Source of the DNA: a virus
Lineage: Duplodnaviria > Caudoviricetes
Virus record (IMG/VR): IMGVR_UViG_3300044507_000064
Span: 1 to 34,519 of that record
Reading direction: 5' to 3' (one strand)
DNA length: 34,519 nucleotides
This document shows positions 23,396-32,029 of the stretch, piece after piece. The number at the start of each line of letters is the position of its first letter. Position 1 is the first letter of the stretch. Below the pieces are notes generated by a model. It was not told where the DNA came from. It did no database searches and worked only from the letters and a program-made list of their open reading frames with translations. The position numbers and the translations under genes were made by a program.

Positions 23396-23488
23396 TGAGC
23401 TTGAGATCCCGTTCGTCCATCGCGCGACGATAGTCTCTACCTGTGACAACTAGCTGACTCGGGGAATCCGTCGATGGCGAAGGAGCCG

Positions 23489-23596
23489 ATGAACCAGAAC
23501 CAGCGCTTCGCCCTGCTCGTGTTCGCCCTGGTGCTGCTCGTCGGGGTGGCGCTCGTGTACATCTACATCCAGGCCGGGCTCTCCGCGATGTTCTAG
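23489..23596 (+). CDS. 35-aa single-TM peptide MNQNQRFALLVFALVLLVGVALVYIYIQAGLSAMF
   Basis: SD AAGGAG; below ORF-track cutoff; stop overlaps the convergent late-gene stop (CTAG). Confidence 0.7.
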   Translation: MNQNQRFALLVFALVLLVGVALVYIYIQAGLSAMF

Positions 23597-23916
23597 GCGC
23601 GGATGCCGTCCCAGATGACGGCGGTCGCGTAGCCGCGCGCTGGGATCGAGACAACCTCGAGAGCGGTAAGGGTGACGCGCCCGCGTCCCGTGACACCGCT
23701 CGTCATTACGACCTCCGCGCCCGCCTGGGTGACCCGGCTAGCCGCCTGGTCCGGCCGCTGGAGGGCCTCGACCCCGACGTCGGCGACCCGGCCCGGCGTC
23801 GGCGGCGGGGGTGGGTTAGCGACGACCTCGACGCCCGCCTGAGTGACACGCGCCTCGGGCTCGTCCGGGAGCCCGACAACCTCCGCGGGGGTCTGGGTGA
23901 CGCGATCGTTGGCCAT
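23593..23916 (-). CDS. Tail-associated repeat protein, 107 aa
   Basis: Five RVTQ..(A/V)EVV-like repeats; last gene of the late operon. Confidence 0.75.
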   Translation of the reverse strand: MANDRVTQTPAEVVGLPDEPEARVTQAGVEVVANPPPPPTPGRVADVGVEALQRPDQAASRVTQAGAEVVMTSGVTGRGRVTLTALEVVSIPARGYATAVIWDGIRA

Positions 23917-23917
23917 G

Positions 23918-24901
23918 CTAGGTGATGACCTTCTGGCCGAACTCCATCGCGTTCACGTCACTGATCGTCCAGGCCCCGCCGCCGGGCTTCGTCTCCTGGA
24001 GGTCGGGGTAGCTGAGCCAGTCGCTCCCGAGCGTCTTCGTGGCGCCGTCGACCTCTGTGGTACTGAGTCGGTACACCGCGGCGATCTCGCGCGTCCCGGC
24101 GTCCATCTTCTTCGCCATCAGACGGCCCTGAACGGCCAGGATCGCACCCGAGCTGATCGGGACGTCGCCCATGTGGTACGTGTCCTTGTCGCCGACGGTG
24201 GACGACTCGACGTAGGTGTTCGTGTCGTAGGGCACATCATCGACGCTCTGGTAGTTATCGACCGAGTCCGCGCCCTCATTCACCCACTGGCTCGAGTTGC
24301 CGTTGTCGTCGGGCACGATGACGTCCACGCGCAGGTCGCCCAGCGGCGCGGTGTCGTTCACGCCGCCCTGGTCGTCGTAGACCACGAGGTCGCAGATCTT
24401 CCCTGAGCGGTAGTAGAGGTTGTCCGCGCCCTGTGCGCCGATGTTCAGGCCCGTCAGGGTGATCTCCGGCACAGAGGAGCCGTTCACCCATACCTTCACC
24501 TTGCCGACCGTGGCGCTGAACTCGACCCACACCTCGAGCCCGTACCAGTAGCCGGGGGTGAACACTGTGTCAGTGGTGCCGAGGAGGGTGTTCCCCGGAC
24601 CGACGACGGTAAGGTGATGAAAGGCGTCGAAACTGAACTGGAGCAGTTGGGCACCCGAGTACCACAGGGCGAGTTGGCTCTCGTAGATGACGTCCTTGAC
24701 CGAGAGATGGAAGCCGACCTTCGTTCGGATAGGGAACGGGAACCGCGTCTCCTGGCCATAGCCATAGCCCTGGTTCACGTAACCGCCGCCGTATCGCCCT
24801 CCGGTCGTGTAGGTCGTCGTGCCTCCATAGACGGCAATGCCCATCTGGCCCAGGTTGGCGCCGGTGCCGAAGGAGTGGGCTACGAGGATCGCCATTGTCA
24901 C
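23918..24901 (-). CDS. Tail fibre/receptor-binding protein with LamG-like beta-sandwich
   Basis: WYGLEVWV...GKVKVWVNG, then DNYQSVDD...YV...DTY, PGGGAWT.SDVNAMEFG. Start GTG 24901 or ATG 24895. Confidence 0.7.
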   Translation of the reverse strand: MTMAILVAHSFGTGANLGQMGIAVYGGTTTYTTGGRYGGGYVNQGYGYGQETRFPFPIRTKVGFHLSVKDVIYESQLALWYSGAQLLQFSFDAFHHLTVVGPGNTLLGTTDTVFTPGYWYGLEVWVEFSATVGKVKVWVNGSSVPEITLTGLNIGAQGADNLYYRSGKICDLVVYDDQGGVNDTAPLGDLRVDVIVPDDNGNSSQWVNEGADSVDNYQSVDDVPYDTNTYVESSTVGDKDTYHMGDVPISSGAILAVQGRLMAKKMDAGTREIAAVYRLSTTEVDGATKTLGSDWLSYPDLQETKPGGGAWTISDVNAMEFGQKVIT

Positions 24902-25317
24902 ACCCGCCGATACTTCAGGGCCAGGGTCGCGCGCGTGACGCCGCTCGCGCTGTCCACGTTGAACGTCAGGATGTCGCCGGCGGCGAACGTCGTGTCCCAG
25001 CCGGTCAGGTCATCGGAGCTCGCGTCACCCGCCCCGACGAGCGTCGGCTTGCTTCCTCCGCCCCCGATGATCGTGTCGCCGGCGTCCGTCGGGTACGACG
25101 TCGCGTTCCAGACATCGACCACGAGCGATCCGGTAGCGCGCGTCACGATCCGCCAGCCGACCCACACGCCCGAGAAGTTCACCGGGAGGTCCAGCGCGAC
25201 GCCGGTCTGAATCACCGACCCCAAGCCATCGAGGATGACCTCGAGCAGCCCGTACTGGACGGAAGGAGCCTGCGTGCCCCGAACGCTGCCGTCCGGCCCG
25301 TAGAACGCCCAGCTCAT
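24898..25317 (-). CDS. Tail fibre-associated protein, 139 aa
   Basis: DG.GSVI.TG...GSLVVDVW...YPT..D.I...P.L...LTGW.T...AGDIL.FNVDS...VTRATL.L. Confidence 0.75.
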   Translation of the reverse strand: MSWAFYGPDGSVRGTQAPSVQYGLLEVILDGLGSVIQTGVALDLPVNFSGVWVGWRIVTRATGSLVVDVWNATSYPTDAGDTIIGGGGSKPTLVGAGDASSDDLTGWDTTFAAGDILTFNVDSASGVTRATLALKYRRV

Positions 25318-25637
25318 GTCTGATCCCGCAGCAGCGCGCCGAGCACGCGGATGATGGCCTTCTCCGCGGCGACGGCCTGAGCATTCGTCGGGGATGCGAT
25401 GCCGAGGAAGGCCTCGCCCAACGCGAGGTCGGGCTTCATCGCCTGGTACTCCGCGAGGCTGAGGCTCGTGGCCAGGCCGAAGCGCGTCATCTTCACGAGA
25501 TCGTCGAACGTCGCCTGCTCGGCCGTCGTGAGCGGCGGGACGAAGATCGGCGTCGGCGGCACCGTCGAGTGGTCCCAGTCGGCGGGGTCGCGAAGATAGA
25601 CGTGCAGCTGGCCGATGAACGCGACAAGATCGCTCAC
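25314..25637 (-). CDS. Hypothetical protein (fibre chaperone position), 107 aa
   Basis: GAGG then GTG 25637; follows the fibre gene. Confidence 0.65.
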   Translation of the reverse strand: MSDLVAFIGQLHVYLRDPADWDHSTVPPTPIFVPPLTTAEQATFDDLVKMTRFGLATSLSLAEYQAMKPDLALGEAFLGIASPTNAQAVAAEKAIIRVLGALLRDQT

Positions 25638-25644
25638 AGCATCC

Positions 25645-26640
25645 TCACTTCGCGATGCCGTACATGCGGATCGTGCCCGAGGCGATATCACCGCTGCTGA
25701 ACTTGAACCGGATGGCGTTGATGGCCGTGGTCGTGCTGTACGTACCGCGGACCATGCGTCGGATCGGAGTGGCCAGAGCGTTGTGCCAGTTCACGATGTC
25801 CGCCAGGAGCGAGCGGTACGCAGACGTCCCGAGCGGGTGATAGAGCTTCGCCGAGCCGCTGAGGGGCAGCGTGGCGCTGCCGACCTGGTTGCCGAAATCC
25901 CACTGTGTGGTAGCCGCCCCGCCGTCCGCGTTCGCCGTGTTGCCGTAGAGATAGAGGTTGTCGCAGAGATAGTGGCCCGACGTCGTATCCCAGTTCGCGC
26001 CACCGTCGCTCGACACGATCGCATAGAGGTAGACGTTGTTCGTCGCCGGCAGCAGGTCGATGAACTCGATCATGTAGTCGTCATACGTGGACGTGATCGC
26101 GGTCGTGAAGTCGAGCGTGGCCGTCGTGGCCGCCGTGTGCTGCTCGAGGAGGACGAGCCCACCACCGCCGCCGCCCGCCGCCCATTCCACGCCGCCGGCC
26201 CCATCCGGCGCGAGTCGCAGACTCGTGTCCGTCTCGGCGGTCGGGATGTCGAGGATGTCGGCCGGGGTTCCCGCGCCGTTCACCCACTCCGAGGCGCCGC
26301 TGTCCCAGACGAGCGCGTCGCCGTCCGACGGTGAGGGGGCGTTGACATCGGTCAGGTCATCGAGAGCCAGCGAGCTCCCCGCCGCTTCGGCCAGCACGTC
26401 CCAGTACGAGGCGTTCGGCGGTTCATGGTTCGTGCCGGCCGCCGTCGCGATGTAGGAGCTGCCGTCGTGCGAGACCGCATCGGCGATCTCGTAAGGCGTG
26501 CCACTGTCCCAGGCTCCGAGCCAGGTGATACCCGGCGGTCCGGGATCTCCCTGCTCGCCCTGGTCGCCGGGAACGCCCTGGGATCCGGCAGGGCCGATCC
26601 CGAGGATGCTGCCGGCAGCGTCAAAGAAGCGCCAGGTCAC
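25645..26640 (-). CDS. Mosaic tail fibre protein, 331 aa
   Basis: Short collagen stretch, W.GAW....Y...DAVSHDGSSY carbohydrate-binding-like module, LDDLTDV..GDALVW motif, poly-Gly hinge, C-terminal beta domain ending GTIRMYG. Confidence 0.8.
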   Translation of the reverse strand: MTWRFFDAAGSILGIGPAGSQGVPGDQGEQGDPGPPGITWLGAWDSGTPYEIADAVSHDGSSYIATAAGTNHEPPNASYWDVLAEAAGSSLALDDLTDVNAPSPSDGDALVWDSGASEWVNGAGTPADILDIPTAETDTSLRLAPDGAGGVEWAAGGGGGGLVLLEQHTAATTATLDFTTAITSTYDDYMIEFIDLLPATNNVYLYAIVSSDGGANWDTTSGHYLCDNLYLYGNTANADGGAATTQWDFGNQVGSATLPLSGSAKLYHPLGTSAYRSLLADIVNWHNALATPIRRMVRGTYSTTTAINAIRFKFSSGDIASGTIRMYGIAK

Positions 26641-26957
26641 GCCGTCACCTCGTCGCCCGCGATCGTGACGGTGACCTTGCTCGCCACGTCCGCCACGCCG
26701 TAGATCGTGTCCGCCGAGTCCATCGTGCGTGAGTCGTCGTTCTCGGCCATCCCGCCGGCCAGGACGGTGAAGACAGGCGTGATCGCGTTCGCCGCGGCGC
26801 TGCCGCCCTGGAAGAGCTGGAAGGTGTGGTCGACCGCGTCCGTGTTCACGACGGTGATCCGCTTCACGATCGCCTGCGTTCCGCCCGGAACGGTGTAGAG
26901 CACGCCGGCGCTGTTCGGGAGCTGGCCCTGGTAGAGCCGCTTGAAGTCGTCCGCCAT
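26637..26957 (-). CDS. Fibre adaptor-like protein, 106 aa
   Basis: ATG 26957; FKRLYQG...LYTVP...AIVKRI.VVN...D.I.G.A....VT..I.G.E. Confidence 0.75.
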   Translation of the reverse strand: MADDFKRLYQGQLPNSAGVLYTVPGGTQAIVKRITVVNTDAVDHTFQLFQGGSAAANAITPVFTVLAGGMAENDDSRTMDSADTIYGVADVASKVTVTIAGDEVTA

Positions 26958-27004
26958 CACGTCACCGCCTTCCCATGAAGAACGATAGAATGAGCGCCTT
27001 CCAT

Positions 27005-27247
27005 CTAACCGCCCATGAAGAAGCTGAACGAGCGCGAACCGCCACCCGGGCCACCACTCGGCGCCGCGTTGACCCATTGGCTGGTGCCGTCGTCCCAGGT
27101 CAGCAGGTCGCCGTCATCCGGCGACGGTGCCGTCACATCGGCCAGGTCGTCGAGCACCGCCGCGGCGACGGCCGCCGCCGCCGCATCCGACGCGATCGCC
27201 GTGATGCTGTCGACACGGTCGGGCCGGCCGCGCTTCGCGATCTTCAT
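27005..27247 (-). CDS. Short fibre linker protein, 80 aa
   Basis: ATG 27247 overlapping the hub stop; LDDLADV..GDLLTW...WVN motif, Gly hinge, C-terminal FSFFMGG. Confidence 0.75.
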   Translation of the reverse strand: MKIAKRGRPDRVDSITAIASDAAAAAVAAAVLDDLADVTAPSPDDGDLLTWDDGTSQWVNAAPSGGPGGGSRSFSFFMGG

Positions 27248-29091
27248 GGCGTCGGAGGGCTCGGGAGGGTGACGACGACGGTCGAGCCGAACGCCCCGCC
27301 ATTGAAGGCGGATTGCACCACGCTGAACGTCCCGGTCTTGTCGAACATGAGCGCGCAGAAGGCGCGACCCATGAGGTTGTACGCAGCGCCGGGATAGTGC
27401 AGCCAGCCGCCCATCTCGAGGGCGCCCGTGCCGGTGGCATAGCCGAACCACGAATACGGCGGACAGGCGTCGCCATCGCCCGGGCTGTAGTCGCGGCCGT
27501 CCTCGTTGTTCGCGTTCGCCTGGAAGATCTCCGTGCCGGCGGTCGCCTCGATCTGCGTGACCTGGCCGTAACCGACCTTCTGGAAGCTCATCGCGCCGAC
27601 GAGCACCGATTCCACCGCAGCGGTGGCGCCGATGGTCGAGATGCCGTAGCCGGGGATCATCGTCCCCGGCGGCGACTGGTGGCTGCTGTCGAAGTCGTCG
27701 CTCCCGGACGTGGCGACCGCGACGGTCGAAGGATCGATGCCCGCCACCTCGAGGACCCAGATGCCCGTGAGCTGGCCTCCGACGACGATGGCCGCCACAT
27801 CGGCGGATTCGTTGGGTACGATCGCGCGGTAGTAGAGACCCATCCAGCCCCCGCCCGGACCGGGGAACTGTCCGTCGTTCGCGAACGACGCGTGGGCACG
27901 TGCTGCGGTCCACGGGTGCGCGGAGTTGTCGGTTATGCCACTTAGTCCGGCCGTGAGCATGAGCAAGAAGTGCGGTGGCTCGGGCGGCAGCGGGGAGAGC
28001 CCGAGGTCCACTCGGTACCAGTCATCCGTCGCGCCCGGCGCATCCTGGCGGAAGGCGTGGGACACGATTCGAGTGGGGCGCCAGTTCTCGTACTCGGGCA
28101 AGTGGCTGAACCGGACCAGCAGGCGGTGCCAAGGCTTCACGAGCGTGACGTGCGTCTTGGACATGAACAGCGAGACGCTGATCTCCTCGTCAGGTGCATC
28201 GAGATCGGCGAGCTCGCGGTCGGCCGTCGTCTCGGCTGTCGTCAGGTTCGACGCCTCGGGCAGATCGATGTCCGTGTCGCGGAAGACCTCGCCCGGATCC
28301 GCGATCGACGTCCGGTAGAACGCGCCGCTCTTATACGTGACATAGGCCCCGTCGTAGTCCTTCTCGCCGTCGATCTCGAGCGTCGCGTCAGGGAACTCCT
28401 CGCCCGGCGTCCCGGGCGGGAAGACCGTGTCCCAGTCGACGTCGGAGAGGACGTTGCTGATCGCGATCGTGGAGGGATAGAGCGCCGAGCCATTGGACGC
28501 GTAGACGAGATCGCGATGGTCCTCGGCTTCGTGCGGCACGAGGCAGTGATTCTTGCCCGAGGCATTCGAGAGGTCGGCGAGGACGTCCCCGAAGTACTTG
28601 CCCGCGAGGTCCTCCGCGTCCACGCCCACGGGGCCCGTCGTGTCGACGAGCCCGAGATCGGTGAACAGGACGCCGTCGGCCCAGTCGGTCGCGAGGAGCC
28701 ACGTGAGCCGCTCAATGTCCGTCTCCGCCGGCCGCGAATGGCCCGTGTCGGTGGGGCGGATCTTGCGGTGGTGGAGGATCGAGTTCATGTCGGTGAGGGT
28801 CAGGTTCCAGACGCGCCCGGTCGGCGTGCGGTTCGGCCCGTGGTTCACGCTGATGTGCGTGATGTAGCCCGCCCAGAGCCGCTGGTCGCCCGACGGGGCC
28901 TCGTCGTCCTCAGCCCAGAAGCGGCGCCACGTGCGGAAGACGAGCGTGCCGTCGGGGTCGTCGACGACGAGCCCGCCCGTCGCCGACTGGCCGAGACGAC
29001 TGTCGGTCGGCAGGCCCGACACCTCGCCGAGCCGGACCTGGTACACCCGCTCGGCGGTCGAGTCGCCCTGGTACCAGTAGAGCGTGCTCAC
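27244..29091 (-). CDS. Tail tip/hub protein, 615 aa
   Basis: Directly after tape measure; LWAGYIT, ETD..RL hub-like region, Pro linker, C-terminal beta-rich domain. Confidence 0.75.
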   Translation of the reverse strand: MSTLYWYQGDSTAERVYQVRLGEVSGLPTDSRLGQSATGGLVVDDPDGTLVFRTWRRFWAEDDEAPSGDQRLWAGYITHISVNHGPNRTPTGRVWNLTLTDMNSILHHRKIRPTDTGHSRPAETDIERLTWLLATDWADGVLFTDLGLVDTTGPVGVDAEDLAGKYFGDVLADLSNASGKNHCLVPHEAEDHRDLVYASNGSALYPSTIAISNVLSDVDWDTVFPPGTPGEEFPDATLEIDGEKDYDGAYVTYKSGAFYRTSIADPGEVFRDTDIDLPEASNLTTAETTADRELADLDAPDEEISVSLFMSKTHVTLVKPWHRLLVRFSHLPEYENWRPTRIVSHAFRQDAPGATDDWYRVDLGLSPLPPEPPHFLLMLTAGLSGITDNSAHPWTAARAHASFANDGQFPGPGGGWMGLYYRAIVPNESADVAAIVVGGQLTGIWVLEVAGIDPSTVAVATSGSDDFDSSHQSPPGTMIPGYGISTIGATAAVESVLVGAMSFQKVGYGQVTQIEATAGTEIFQANANNEDGRDYSPGDGDACPPYSWFGYATGTGALEMGGWLHYPGAAYNLMGRAFCALMFDKTGTFSVVQSAFNGGAFGSTVVVTLPSPPTP

Positions 29092-31412
29092 GACATCTGG
29101 TATCGGTTCGGGGAGAGGCCCCGCGTCGTCACGGTGCTCCGGTCGAAGGAGCGCAGCCCGAGCTCGGCCCGGACGGTGACGTGGACCGGTTGAGGACGAG
29201 CGACGTCGAACGTTCCTGGCCGTGGATTGCGCAGGATGGCGACCGTCTCGCGGCCGGCCTCGCCGACGATCATCTGCATCGCGCCGGCGACCGTGCCCAG
29301 GAACCCCGAGGCGAACTCGAGCGCTCCGCTCCGGGCGTTCTTGCCGGTGCCGATGTGGGCGGTCGAGGTGATGCCGGCGGCGTTCGTGATGTTGACGATG
29401 GTCGTCCCGGGCTTGAGCGTAAGCTTCGCCGGCAGCGCGTTCACGGCAGCGGTGGTGGCGTCGATGGCCGCTTGGAGGCTCTTGATGTCGGCGCCGATCT
29501 TGGCCGCCATCTTCGTGTCGCCCTGAGCGAGGAACCGGCGCTGGATGGCCTTGAGTTCCTTGAGTTCCCCCCGGGCGCCCTTGAGGTCGGCAGCCTCGTT
29601 GCCGGGCGTCCTGAGCTTGTTGATGGCCTGGAGCGTGACGGCCTGCCCGGTGACGAACGCCTGCATGTCGGTGACGCCGCCCTGGCCCTTGATGTACTTC
29701 TCCAGGACCTGATAGCTGTACTGGGAGCCCGTCGCCGTCCGCGCGGCGGCCGCCTTGCCGAAGAGGTTGGAGTGGATGAGCTGGTCGGTGGCCCGGGCGA
29801 AGTCGCGGACCGCGAGCGCGAAGGGCGTCGACACGCCGCGGAAGTATTCCTTCGTCACCTGCGCCACATCAGATGCCCCGCCGCCGCCCGGATGCTGATG
29901 GAGGAGCGACTGGCGGAGGAGGTCGATGACCTGGTCGAGCTCGGCCTTGTTGCCCATGAGCCCGGTGTCGAAGAGCAGCCCGCCGACGGCTTCGCGCACG
30001 GCGGCCCGCTGCCCCTCGACGCCGGCGAGCGCCGCCCGCAGCTGGTCGGCGCTCGCTGTCTTCACGAACTGCTGCGTCTGGCCGATGAGGCCCTTCGCCG
30101 TCGCGTCGTTCTGACCCTGACCCTTGAGGAGCTCCTGTGCCAGCACGACGGCGAGCGACGCGGCGATCGCGGCGGGCAGGAACGAGACGGCGGTGCGGAT
30201 GATGCCGCCCAGACGGCCCTCGGCCTGGCCGACTGCGCCGCCAGCGATCGGCACGCCGCCGGCCCCATTGACGACGCCGGCGTTGATGTTCACCACACCC
30301 GCCGTCATGCCAAGGACGCCCTTGACGAGCCCGCCCGCGAGGATGCCCGCCATGTCCCGCAGCGCCCCGCCGGTCAGCTTGTTGAGGCCCCAGCCCGTGA
30401 TGACCGCGGTCTTCACCCATTCCGGCATCCCGAGGAACGCATCGAGGAGCTGCTTCGCGAACCCGGCCGCCGTCCCGACGGCCGTCGCGATCCCGTCCCA
30501 CGGGATCTTCTGGACGGCGGCGAGCCCCTGCTCCAGGTACCGCGCCAGCGCCTTGCCGGCCTCCGTGATGCCAGCGATGACCTTCGGGTCGCGCAGCTTC
30601 GTGTTGAGCCACTGGGCCGTCTCGCGGATGACCGGCAGGAAGCCCGTGGCGAGCGCCATCTGCGCTTCCTCGACCGCGTCCCCGAACCGGCGGATGTCGG
30701 CCCCGAAGCCCTGCCCCGCAGCCTTGCCGGCGTTGCCGAACTCGACCGCGAGCTCGTGGAGGATGATCTTCTGCGCCTCCTCGACCTTGCCCGCCTTGAC
30801 GAGCGCCTTGACCTGCTCGGTCTGTTGGTCGGTGAGCGCGACCCCGACCTTGCGCAGCGCGGTGACGCCCTTGACCGGATCCTGCAACGCCTTGCCGATC
30901 TGGATCGCTGTCTTGGACAGGTCGAGCCCTTCGACCGAGCCATTGTTCATGGCGACGCCCATGTTCACCATCGCGGCGGTCGCCTGGGGGAAGACGCCCT
31001 TGCCGATGTTCGTGAACGTCAGGAGCATGTTCTCGCCGGCCTGGACGACCTTGTCATCGACGGTCGTCAGGTCCTCTTGGGCGTTCGCGAGGTCGCGCAC
31101 CTGGGCCGCCGTCACGCCGGCCGCGCCGCCGGTGCTCTTGATGACACCGGCGGTCAGGTTCGTTATGCGCTCGAGGTCTTCGAGCGCCTTGACGCCGAAG
31201 ACGACCTGGGAGGCGACGAAGCCACCGGCGACGAGGCCGAGCTTCGTGATGTTGACCGCGGCGTTGGACAGGCCGCGCTCGGCCGTCTGGCCGAACTTCG
31301 TCCAGCCCGTCTCCATCGCGGCGACGTTGCCCATCGCCTTCTTGAGCTTGCCCGAGAGCTTGTCCTCGAGGTCGAGCGAGGCGAGCAGTTTCGCGGTGTC
31401 AGCGAGAGCCAT
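29088..31412 (-). CDS. Tape measure protein, 774 aa
   Basis: KSTGGAAGVT, NMLLTFTNI, AIQIGKALQDPVKGVTAL, EAQKIIL.EL..EFG, C-terminal FASG...VGEAGRE. Confidence 0.92.
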   Translation of the reverse strand: MALADTAKLLASLDLEDKLSGKLKKAMGNVAAMETGWTKFGQTAERGLSNAAVNITKLGLVAGGFVASQVVFGVKALEDLERITNLTAGVIKSTGGAAGVTAAQVRDLANAQEDLTTVDDKVVQAGENMLLTFTNIGKGVFPQATAAMVNMGVAMNNGSVEGLDLSKTAIQIGKALQDPVKGVTALRKVGVALTDQQTEQVKALVKAGKVEEAQKIILHELAVEFGNAGKAAGQGFGADIRRFGDAVEEAQMALATGFLPVIRETAQWLNTKLRDPKVIAGITEAGKALARYLEQGLAAVQKIPWDGIATAVGTAAGFAKQLLDAFLGMPEWVKTAVITGWGLNKLTGGALRDMAGILAGGLVKGVLGMTAGVVNINAGVVNGAGGVPIAGGAVGQAEGRLGGIIRTAVSFLPAAIAASLAVVLAQELLKGQGQNDATAKGLIGQTQQFVKTASADQLRAALAGVEGQRAAVREAVGGLLFDTGLMGNKAELDQVIDLLRQSLLHQHPGGGGASDVAQVTKEYFRGVSTPFALAVRDFARATDQLIHSNLFGKAAAARTATGSQYSYQVLEKYIKGQGGVTDMQAFVTGQAVTLQAINKLRTPGNEAADLKGARGELKELKAIQRRFLAQGDTKMAAKIGADIKSLQAAIDATTAAVNALPAKLTLKPGTTIVNITNAAGITSTAHIGTGKNARSGALEFASGFLGTVAGAMQMIVGEAGRETVAILRNPRPGTFDVARPQPVHVTVRAELGLRSFDRSTVTTRGLSPNRYQMS

Positions 31413-32027
31413 GCATCACGCTCCGCAGCTTGCGGACCTCCCCCTCAGCGGCCGCCTCGCCCGCGCGGACGGCCGAGCCCACCGAGAGTTCGGCGATCAA
31501 CTGAAGGCGCCAGCGGGCGACCGCGTAGTCGCCGCGATGGAGCCCGTCGGGGTAGTGGTAGTCGAGGATGGCGAGGATGGCTTCGGGCGCCGCGGCCGGG
31601 AGCCGCTCGTCGCTGATGTCGGTCCGTCGGTCGGCGAAGGCGGCGAGGACTTCGACGCCCGAAGGAGCAAAGGGAGCACCACCGCCTCGGCGTAGAGGCC
31701 GTCGGCCTCCTCGCCCACGACGACCGCGGCCTCGAGGTTCGTGAGCAGCCGTTCTCGGATGGCGGCCTTGGACACCGGGACGGGCTTGCCCTTCTCATCC
31801 ACGAGCGTCCAGCGCTCGATGCCGAAGAGCAGGTACGACTCGGTGAGCGTGGCGAGGATCTCACCCGGGGTGGCGTCGGAGTCGTTGAGGGTGACCAGGC
31901 CGACGTCGTTGCGGATGGCGATCGCGTCGTGGAAGGAGAGCACGGGCCGCAGCGTCACCTCGTCGCCGTCGGGGTGACGCGCCGTCCCGTCCGCCCGTGG
32001 CGGGCAGAGGCACTCGATGTGGGCCAT
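31399..32027 (-). CDS. Tail assembly chaperone, long -1 frameshift product (G-T)
   Basis: Slippery C CCT TTG at 31668-31674; -1 frame is open ~90 codons with strong GC3 bias (FAPSGVEVLAAFADRR...MHGSR) to TGA at 31399. Confidence 0.8.
31497..32027 (-). CDS. Tail assembly chaperone, short product (G), 176 aa
   Basis: Between tail tube and tape measure; I..WTL.DE.G..VPV motif; Ser/Thr/Pro tail after the slippery site. Confidence 0.8.
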   Translation of the reverse strand: MAHIECLCPPRADGTARHPDGDEVTLRPVLSFHDAIAIRNDVGLVTLNDSDATPGEILATLTESYLLFGIERWTLVDEKGKPVPVSKAAIRERLLTNLEAAVVVGEEADGLYAEAVVLPLLLRASKSSPPSPTDGPTSATSGSRPRRPKPSSPSSTTTTPTGSIAATTRSPAGAFS

Positions 32028-32029
32028 CG

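Noticed and set aside
26961-27035. Diversity-generating retroelement template/variable repeat pair
   Set aside because: Repeat is too short, differs by indels rather than adenine-specific substitutions, and no reverse transcriptase is encoded.
29181-31695. Long plus-strand ORFs (811 aa, 523 aa and many similar ones across the window)
   Set aside because: Antisense shadows of high-GC minus-strand genes; no motifs, no RBS, fully overlapping well-supported genes.
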